NCBI GenBank assembly: GCA_029856145.1
Contig: JAHQWK010000011.1
Coordinates: 64,001-128,000, forward strand
Reading direction: 5' to 3'
DNA: 64,000 bases
Origin: Promethearchaeia archaeon
GTDB taxonomy: Archaea; Asgardarchaeota; Lokiarchaeia; Sigyniarchaeales; SOKP01
Part shown: one piece after another, positions 39,876 through 47,562 of the stretch
Numbering within the stretch: position 1 is the stretch's first letter
How the letters are laid out: each line of letters starts with the position of its first letter
Notes under the pieces: model-generated
What the model saw: the letters and a program-made list of their open reading frames with translations, nothing else
What the model was told of the DNA's origin: nothing
Database searches by the model: none
Program-made: the position numbers and the translations under genes

Positions 39876-41453
39876 TTAACCAGTAGTTTTTACTGGTTCT
39901 TTTGTTTTTTTAGTCAGAGCAATTGTCTCTAATTTTTTATCAAAAGTTCCATGTTTTTCAGTTAATTTATTTGGTATTCCATGTTTCATTATATCTTTCA
40001 TTTCATCGGAGATAATATCTTGTGTCATTCCCATTGAATGAAGCATATCTAATCCGCTAACAATCACTGTTTTAGCAAATCGAGGTATATTTCGCGTCAT
40101 CCAATTGAATTTCCCAAATGGATTAATGTATCTTTTTACGAGCATTCGAAGCCAACCCTTACTAAGATAATAAGCAGAATATGCTTCACCAACTAATCGA
40201 TACATTTCATTAGTAGTTAGTTGTTCTGTACGCATCATTGGATGAAACAAATCATAATGCTTATAATTATTACTAGTAATCATATTTTTTTCTAACATTT
40301 CATTGTAGAAATCTGTTCCCGGAAATGCGGTAATAGGTGTAAATTGGATACAGGTTAGATTAAGTGATTTAGCAAATTGAATATTTTGTCTTACCATTGT
40401 TTTGGTTTCACCTGGATATCCAATAATTACACCTCCAAATATCGAAATTCCATGATCTTGAAGTGATGAAACCACCTTTCTTACCATATCTGGAGTAGTA
40501 TTTTTTTTATTCATAGCATCAAGGCTTTGTTGATGCACTGATTCAATACCAAGAAATACTTGTCTCATTCCCGCTTTATGCATTAAATCAACTAACCAAG
40601 GATTTCGATATAATGAATCTACTCGCGATTGGCAGGAAAAAAGCATTTTGTTTGGAACCCCTGATCGAATCATAGTTTCAAGTATTTTCTTTGTCCGCTT
40701 TATTTTAATAGTAAAATTATCTTCACAGAAAAAAATAAAATCGTTTTTCCAATCTATATCATAAATTTCTTGCATAATCCTTTTGATAGATTTTGTTCGA
40801 TAAGTTATGTGGTTATTTGGATTTCTCCACATTTTTATAATGCAACAGAATTTACAATTATGTGGACAACCTCGTGAAGTTTCAAGTTGAGCAACTCTAG
40901 CACCTAAATAAACATATTTTTTATCATCTAATAAATCTCTTCGAGGCATGGGAAAATTATCTAAGTCAGGTTCTAACGTTCGATCCTTGTTATGAAGGAC
41001 TCGTCCTTCGTTATTTTTATACGAAACTCCATCAATATCTTTTAGTGATGTATTAGCTTTGTTTCCATCGAGATAATCTATTAGTTCACGAAATGTGTGT
41101 TCTCCTTCGCCCCTAACAGCATAATCTATTGCAGGATGCTTTGCTACATATTCAGGAACTAATGTTGGCTGGTATCCACCAATTATCGTCGTACAACCAA
41201 GATCTTTTGCCATTTGTGCTACTTCAAATGCCTGAGAGATTTGAGGCGTCATACTTGTGAGAGCTAAGATGTCACTCTGATTCAATAATGAACGGAATCT
41301 TTTTTCATTATACTTATGAACTTTAAAATCAAATAATTTTGCGTCATGTTCTGGAACCATGGCTGCAATTGAGATTAAGCTTAATGGAGGTCCTTTAATT
41401 ATCGCATCAAGTCCAGAACTAAGTCGTGCAGGATTAACATATAAAATTTTCAT
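39876..41453 (-). CDS. Cobalamin-binding (class B) radical SAM enzyme
   Basis: PPLSL, IIGGYQPT, VRGEGE, ETSRGCPHNCKFC, EDNF, GIES, IIGYPGET and TAFPGT. Confidence 0.92.
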   Translation of the reverse strand: MKILYVNPARLSSGLDAIIKGPPLSLISIAAMVPEHDAKLFDFKVHKYNEKRFRSLLNQSDILALTSMTPQISQAFEVAQMAKDLGCTTIIGGYQPTLVPEYVAKHPAIDYAVRGEGEHTFRELIDYLDGNKANTSLKDIDGVSYKNNEGRVLHNKDRTLEPDLDNFPMPRRDLLDDKKYVYLGARVAQLETSRGCPHNCKFCCIIKMWRNPNNHITYRTKSIKRIMQEIYDIDWKNDFIFFCEDNFTIKIKRTKKILETMIRSGVPNKMLFSCQSRVDSLYRNPWLVDLMHKAGMRQVFLGIESVHQQSLDAMNKKNTTPDMVRKVVSSLQDHGISIFGGVIIGYPGETKTMVRQNIQFAKSLNLTCIQFTPITAFPGTDFYNEMLEKNMITSNNYKHYDLFHPMMRTEQLTTNEMYRLVGEAYSAYYLSKGWLRMLVKRYINPFGKFNWMTRNIPRFAKTVIVSGLDMLHSMGMTQDIISDEMKDIMKHGIPNKLTEKHGTFDKKLETIALTKKTKEPVKTTG

Positions 41454-41692
41454 AATTTTTTCTTACCTAAATATTTCTCTTATCTTCATAGTTTTTTTAA
41501 GGAGAGTGCTTAACTTTATCTAACTTATAATTTTTAATTATAGTTGAATAATAGAAGAAGCCTTGAGAGCTTATCAGTTCATTCTCACCATATTAAACTA
41601 TTTTATTATTTAATATTATGAAATCTTATTAAACTTTGTTATTTCTACATAGTTTAAAACATAAAAAGAATCAAATTTAGGCACTTAGGATT

Positions 41693-42832
41693 TTATTTGA
41701 AGTAAGAAATAAGAGTATTTTTTATCATTTCAAAATGACCTAAATGCGTTTTAGAAAGAGTTTCAAGTACTTCTATAATTCCTACTTTTTCAATCCTTTC
41801 AGTAATTTTGTAATAAGGAGATTCTTTCAATTTTTTCACTAATGCTTTATTTTTCTCAAGATTTCCTAATAAGTATTCTATTGGATTTAATTCGTGAGTT
41901 CCTAGCATTGCTTGAATGATTGCAATGAGCATTGTATCAAAAGTGGTACGAAGAATTATTTCTTGATCAAACTCTGAAGATATCGGAAACAGATAAGATT
42001 TAAGCATAGAGATAGATTCTTTAAATAGGTCTAAAGATTCATTTCCTAATTGTTTAATTCGCTCATTATAAGCTCGATTCTCGGATGCTCTTAAACATAA
42101 AGCGGTTACAGTTTGATATTCTGCAACAAAATGAATGAATCTTGCTTTCACGTTAAGATATGTATCTTTTGATTCTTCCTCATCTATAAAATTATCTAAG
42201 TCATCCAAAGCTTTTCTAAAGTATGAAGCAATATCGGAGAATTTTTTAGCAGAATCTTCGAATTCTCCACTTGACAATAAATTTAATGCTCCTTTTTCTT
42301 CTAATTCATAAAGCTCATCAAATTTGTGTATTTTCATAACCGCTTTTAATATTAATCGCTTTCCCTCATCTTTTTTAATTTTTGAACGCTCAAATGCTTG
42401 TCCTGCTTTTAGAAGAAGTATTGAAGATAAATTAATATACTCCTCAGGATCTGTCTCATAGAAATAATCTGAAGCTTTTTGCCATGATTCTCCTGCAGTC
42501 TCCCAATCATGCATATTAAAAGATACATTTCCTAATTGTATTAATAATTTAGCGGAAACTTCATTAAGTTTTAATTCTTCAGTTTTTCTAATTATTGATT
42601 TCAATCTATAAACAGCTTGAATATTATTTTTAAATCTCGAGATTATTTGAGCAATTCTGATGTATAATTCATCTAATTTAAGATAACTACCAAGATCAAG
42701 GTAGATTGAGGCTGCTTTTTCATAAATTTGGATTGCTTCTTTTCCTTTCCCACGATCAGCAAGGGTTTCTGCTTGGTCTATTAATCTTATAGCCTCCAAC
42801 TCTTTCTCATCATTATCGATATTATTGATCAT
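41693..42832 (-). CDS. All-helical TPR/alpha-SNAP-like protein
   Basis: EAIQIYEKAASIY, AGESWQKASDYF, LLKAGQAF and SAKKFSDIASYF repeats. Confidence 0.65.
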   Translation of the reverse strand: MINNIDNDEKELEAIRLIDQAETLADRGKGKEAIQIYEKAASIYLDLGSYLKLDELYIRIAQIISRFKNNIQAVYRLKSIIRKTEELKLNEVSAKLLIQLGNVSFNMHDWETAGESWQKASDYFYETDPEEYINLSSILLLKAGQAFERSKIKKDEGKRLILKAVMKIHKFDELYELEEKGALNLLSSGEFEDSAKKFSDIASYFRKALDDLDNFIDEEESKDTYLNVKARFIHFVAEYQTVTALCLRASENRAYNERIKQLGNESLDLFKESISMLKSYLFPISSEFDQEIILRTTFDTMLIAIIQAMLGTHELNPIEYLLGNLEKNKALVKKLKESPYYKITERIEKVGIIEVLETLSKTHLGHFEMIKNTLISYFK

Positions 42833-43003
42833 TGTTTTTTCTCCCTAACAACTAGCAATTTGTAAATATATGGTTTATTTAAAATTTCAATACAATTTAC
42901 TTAGACTTAATTAAGATATTAAAATCTTAGTATTAATAGCTTTTTATAAAAAAAATTTTTATTTCTTTATATCTTTGCATTAAAATGTTAACACATCGTT
43001 CTA

Positions 43004-43888
43004 TTAAAATTGTTTAAAGAGCTTTATATTTCTACTTTTTAATATATCTCTAAATTCTATTGATTGATAAGCAGATGCAAATGATTCTTGGGCATCCTCA
43101 ATTGCGCCATAAAAAATAAAGTTCGAAAACCACGTTACTATGAACATTATACTAGCTCTTCGGTATCGGGTATGAAATTTGATATTTAAACGCGGTGAAG
43201 AAAATTGAAAAAGAAAAAGGTTGGCCGCCGTTCCAACTGGAAGTCTCAATGATGTACTAATTAATTGTTGAGTCTCTAATATATGAGCTAAACTTTCTAA
43301 ATTTACAACTCCTCCATCAATCCATATTCTTTCAACACCTATATCTTTTAACCCATCAATTATATTCACATTATTAGGTTGATTTTTATCTGTAAGATAT
43401 GTATATCTTTGGTTAGAAGTCATGTTTTCTGAACCAAGAATTAGTATTACAACAGATTTTATTTTGAATTTCCGTATTACTTCTACTTCTTTCTTATTTT
43501 TCAGATTTGAAATTGTATTATATATATATTGTTCTGTTGTAATTCCATTTTCTTTAAGATACTCAATTCCTGCTATTCTTGATTCAAGATTTCCTCCTAA
43601 TATGAAGGGAGGGTTAAAATGATCTAAATAAAATTCTAAATATTTTATCATTGATTTAGGAGTTGTAGCGGAAATTTCTATTAAATTGGGAATTTTATAT
43701 TTTTCTGATAATGATTGATGTGTTTCGATGCGTTTGATTGCTTTTTGAGTGCTAAAAACTTCTGGATTTTTCCGGTCTACAATAGTTTCATTCTGATAAA
43801 AAATTGTACCAATTAGAACGGGTGGTAAATCAAATTGTCCTCTTCCTAATTTTATATTCCCATAAGTATAATATTCAGCATCATCCAT
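43004..43888 (-). CDS. MtrH-like (pterin-binding methyltransferase) protein, divergent
   Basis: PPVLIGTIFY, RIAGIEY, IYNTI, LPVG and IFYGAIEDA resemble MtrH. Confidence 0.75.
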   Translation of the reverse strand: MDDAEYYTYGNIKLGRGQFDLPPVLIGTIFYQNETIVDRKNPEVFSTQKAIKRIETHQSLSEKYKIPNLIEISATTPKSMIKYLEFYLDHFNPPFILGGNLESRIAGIEYLKENGITTEQYIYNTISNLKNKKEVEVIRKFKIKSVVILILGSENMTSNQRYTYLTDKNQPNNVNIIDGLKDIGVERIWIDGGVVNLESLAHILETQQLISTSLRLPVGTAANLFLFQFSSPRLNIKFHTRYRRASIMFIVTWFSNFIFYGAIEDAQESFASAYQSIEFRDILKSRNIKLFKQF

Positions 43889-44017
43889 TTTGAGATCAAC
43901 AAATAAATTTTATACTAATAATAGGAATAAAAAACTATTTAATCTGCTTACTTTTTCAATAGAAAGATATGTTTTCTATATTTTTTCTAACATCACTAAT
44001 GTAACAAGATTATATGT

Positions 44018-44332
44018 TTGAAGACTATTAATTATTTAAAAATTAAATTAACTCGAAATTATAGAGAAAATATGATTAAAATGGATGATGAAAACATATC
44101 ACAAGTTAATGTTGCAGCATATTATCTTGCACAAAAAGGCTACACTTATGACAAACTCTGCTGGATGTTAGCACAAAGACAGTTACTCATTCAAAGGGAC
44201 CCAGCTTATAATCAGGAAGGAAGGATAAGAGAAAAAGCTGCTGAAATATTTTATTCTGACCCAACCTATGATATTTTGTGCTACTTAATTTCAGAAATAG
44301 ATATTGCGATGAAATTAAGTAAGAAACAGTGA
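44018..44332 (+). CDS. Stand-alone copy of the YDxLCW helical domain found C-terminal in the gelsolin protein (likely start at ATG 44072 or 44081)
   Basis: AAYYLAQKGYTYDKLCWMLAQ...IREKAAEIF...YDILCYLISEIDI aligns with the C-terminus of 22637..23482. Confidence 0.8.
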   Translation: MKTINYLKIKLTRNYRENMIKMDDENISQVNVAAYYLAQKGYTYDKLCWMLAQRQLLIQRDPAYNQEGRIREKAAEIFYSDPTYDILCYLISEIDIAMKLSKKQ

Positions 44333-44365
44333 TTTATTCGCTTTGTAAGATTCTGGTTAAAAAAT

Positions 44366-45571
44366 TTAATAAAGATGAAGTTTCGATTCACAGGTGCGAC
44401 AATGGCTTTCTTTTAATTTCTTAAAACAATCCTCGTGATAAAGAGCATTACATTGAAGATTACCACATTGTACTGCGGCCTGACCTTTCTCAAAGATTAA
44501 ATGGCAAACAGGACATGCATTAAAAAGGGCTTCCTCTCCAAGTAACCCAACATCTTGAATATATTTAGCTGGCATGATTTCAGGTTTTTTAGCTGTTTCT
44601 TCTTTAAAACCCTTTGTAAGAGTACGTAATTTTTGAATTTGAGTGACTTCTATAGGGATTCTTAACAGATAAAAGCAATGAGGGCATCTAGCAGTACCAG
44701 ATCTTTTTACTTTATGATTTTTTTGGGAATCTGCCCATGCAGCTAAACAATGAATATGAAAAGGTGTAGTACAATTAGGGCAATACCTCCCTGTAACATA
44801 AAAAGAGCCCTTTGTATAGGGATTTTTATCAGAAAAACAAATCGAACATTTCTTAAAATCAACTTCTCCTCTTATTTGTTTTGAACGTTGTTCTTGATCT
44901 TTTGTTAGGTCTTGAACTCTTAATAAATCCGCTGCAATTTTTCTAAGAAACGCTGGGTTTTCTATAAGAGCTTCTTTCCCAGCCCCATACTTTTTATAAT
45001 TATCATCTGCAATTTCTTGTGCTGATCTAATTAATGACTCATGATCATTATTATAAAAGTATCTACCACCTGTGATATCACTTATTTTCTTTAGTATATT
45101 ATCTCGTCTTGTATTTCCAAGACCAAAAGTATCAATTCTGATATTTAAACCTTGAGCAAGACGTGCCATTTTTAAAGGATCAACAGCAGACTTCATATAA
45201 TTTCCATCAGAAATCAAAACTATTCTTGGAGTTTTAGCACCAATTTTACGTAATTCAGCGATTAAAGTTTTAATCGATAAAGCTAATGCATCACCCATCG
45301 CAGAATAACCTCCACAATGTAAGGAACTCAAGGCTTTATTGATGTTATCTCCGAAACTAGCGGTTGTAAAGTCTATCATCTTTTTTGGTTTGTCAGAATA
45401 TTTTATTAACGCAAAAGCACTTAAACTATCTAGATTGGATCTTTCCCTTATCAAAGTTTTAGCCGCGGAAATACAACAAGCTAATCGGTTAGGACTGAAA
45501 TCCTTTCTATACATCGACCTTGACGTATCTATACATATGACGAGATTCTCTGGAATTCTATTGTCTGACAT
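44366..45571 (-). CDS. vWA domain plus two C4HC3 RING-variant/PHD-like zinc fingers
   Basis: MIDAS DTSRS, KDFSPNRL, LISDG and GGRYF; CSIC..CPNC..HIHC..W..CPHC and CPVC..CGNLQC..HEDC..CRTC. Confidence 0.85.
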   Translation of the reverse strand: MSDNRIPENLVICIDTSRSMYRKDFSPNRLACCISAAKTLIRERSNLDSLSAFALIKYSDKPKKMIDFTTASFGDNINKALSSLHCGGYSAMGDALALSIKTLIAELRKIGAKTPRIVLISDGNYMKSAVDPLKMARLAQGLNIRIDTFGLGNTRRDNILKKISDITGGRYFYNNDHESLIRSAQEIADDNYKKYGAGKEALIENPAFLRKIAADLLRVQDLTKDQEQRSKQIRGEVDFKKCSICFSDKNPYTKGSFYVTGRYCPNCTTPFHIHCLAAWADSQKNHKVKRSGTARCPHCFYLLRIPIEVTQIQKLRTLTKGFKEETAKKPEIMPAKYIQDVGLLGEEALFNACPVCHLIFEKGQAAVQCGNLQCNALYHEDCFKKLKESHCRTCESKLHLY

Positions 45572-45790
45572 TTTAATTAAAGTATTTGCCGTGTCTATTT
45601 TTTAATGTGTAGCAAATGATCTTTTTGATTCACTCTTTTTTTAAATGTTTATTAATAACTAATTAATTAATACTGCTTCAATTAGATAAAGTTTATTTTT
45701 ACAAAAAAAAATAATATTTAATAAGACCTATATTACTATTAAAATTAAGAATATTAGTAAAAAGAAAATTGATATTAAATTTGATGCGTA

Positions 45791-46999
45791 ATGTCAGAAA
45801 ATAGTAGTAAAAATGTAGCTATTAAAGATTTCTTTAAAAGAAATGTTCTAATAAATGAACTTGAAGAAGTTTTAAGATTTAAACTGGATTCACTAATAGG
45901 TGTTGATAAAATTAGTTCTGATCATTTAGTTAATGAAGGAATAAAAACTATTGACGATTTAGCTAATTTATCTGTCTCAAATCTGCCTGAAATAAAAGAA
46001 ATCCTCCCAAATATGCTACTAAAATGGGTAAAAATTGCTAAAGTTATCCAAAAGAATGTACAAGAACAACTTCGTCGACATAAAAAGATCCTGATGATAG
46101 GACTCGATTCAGCAGGCAAGACATCTATCCTAGCTGTAGTTCAAGATAAGTTTTCTATCATAAAGTCATTGTTACCAACGAGAGGCGTCAAAAGAGAGAA
46201 ACTGGACTTTTTCGGTTATCCAATAGTCTCGTGGGATTTAGGCGGGCAAGTACAATACAGAGAGAAACTTTACTTTAATAGACCTGAACTTTTCTTTACA
46301 GAGGCAGATATAATGTTGTATGTTGTCGACTCGCAGGATCCAGATAGAATTCCTGAGGCTGCTAACTATTTTCGAGAGGTTTTAAAGGTATTAAAAGATT
46401 TACATGAGAAACCTGAACTCTTGATTGTTTTAAGCAAAAGTGATCAAGATATACGTAAAACACTACAATGGCAACAAAATGTCACAAGCGTAAAAAACAA
46501 GTTTAACAGTATTGTCGCCGATTATGAAGATTTTGTTGTCGATTATTGCGATACAACAGTGTTTCAAAGAGAAACTATAATGCAAATGTTCAGTATTGCA
46601 TTAAAGAAAGTTTCTGATACTTCTGAAATAATCGAACACATCCTTGAAGAGTTTACACATCAAGTAGAAGCAAAAGCATCAAGCTTAGTATCAATGGATG
46701 GATTAATTTTCGGTAGTTACACAGGTTCCGATACAGATGAAATGCTTATAAATAATACAGCTTTATTACTTCAAACGCTTTCAAACTTTTATAATTCGAT
46801 AGGGTTAATTAGAGAAAAGTCAATAAAACTAGAGTTACCTCTTAATGGGTTCACAATTCGGGGCGAAAAATTATTTGAGTATTCTGAATTGCAGATCCCC
46901 GTATATTTATGGATGCTTTCTCAAAATCCAGAATTATTAGAGGGCAAAATTGATTATTTCAGAGAACAACTGCTTCCGTTGATAAACCTTTTTCTATAA
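45791..46999 (+). CDS. Arf/Rag-like small GTPase with N-terminal HhH domain and C-terminal roadblock-like domain
   Basis: LIGVD...LVNEGIKTIDDLA (HhH); GLDSAGKT, PTRG, WDLGGQ, YVVDS, SKSD; C-terminal ASSLVSMDGLIFGS. Confidence 0.85.
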   Translation: MSENSSKNVAIKDFFKRNVLINELEEVLRFKLDSLIGVDKISSDHLVNEGIKTIDDLANLSVSNLPEIKEILPNMLLKWVKIAKVIQKNVQEQLRRHKKILMIGLDSAGKTSILAVVQDKFSIIKSLLPTRGVKREKLDFFGYPIVSWDLGGQVQYREKLYFNRPELFFTEADIMLYVVDSQDPDRIPEAANYFREVLKVLKDLHEKPELLIVLSKSDQDIRKTLQWQQNVTSVKNKFNSIVADYEDFVVDYCDTTVFQRETIMQMFSIALKKVSDTSEIIEHILEEFTHQVEAKASSLVSMDGLIFGSYTGSDTDEMLINNTALLLQTLSNFYNSIGLIREKSIKLELPLNGFTIRGEKLFEYSELQIPVYLWMLSQNPELLEGKIDYFREQLLPLINLFL

Positions 47000-47037
47000 A
47001 TTTCTTTATCTTTTTTGGATGTATAATCCAGTAAAAC

Positions 47038-47256
47038 TTAATTCAATTCCAATTCTTTATTTGCTGTAAGTAAAAACTCATTACATTTATCTAGCATTTT
47101 AATGGCATTATCTAATTTTACCACCACAGATTCTAAACCTTTTTCTTTAGCAATGTTTCGCCATTTTAAGAAACTTTCTTTATGTGAATCATTATGATCT
47201 GCCCAATGTTTACATAATTTTGATAATTTTAAAATATCTTTATCCAGTTTATCCAA
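47038..47256 (-). CDS. Small helical His-containing protein (HWxxHNxxH), possible Ni/metal-binding accessory protein
   Basis: KHWADHNDSHKESFLKW; lies directly downstream of cdhA on the same strand. Confidence 0.65.
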   Translation of the reverse strand: MDKLDKDILKLSKLCKHWADHNDSHKESFLKWRNIAKEKGLESVVVKLDNAIKMLDKCNEFLLTANKELELN

Positions 47257-47562
47257 AATGTCTCACATCTTTAATATTGATCTGATTTTGTAATGAAAAT
47301 AAGCTTTACACATTAACTTTTGGTTTTTCTATTTAATTAGATTTAAATAATAATATCTAATTATTGATTACTCTTATTAAATTAGAATTGAAAGATTATA
47401 CAAGAAATTGTAGACTTTGATGTTGAAGTAAAAGCTTGTAATTTTTTTTTAGAAAGATTAAGGGATTTAACTAAGTAATAAGTTAAAAATTTGAATATTT
47501 CTAGAAATTAAAATAAATCAGTAAATAAATAATTATAAAATAAATAAAAAAAGATAAATAAA

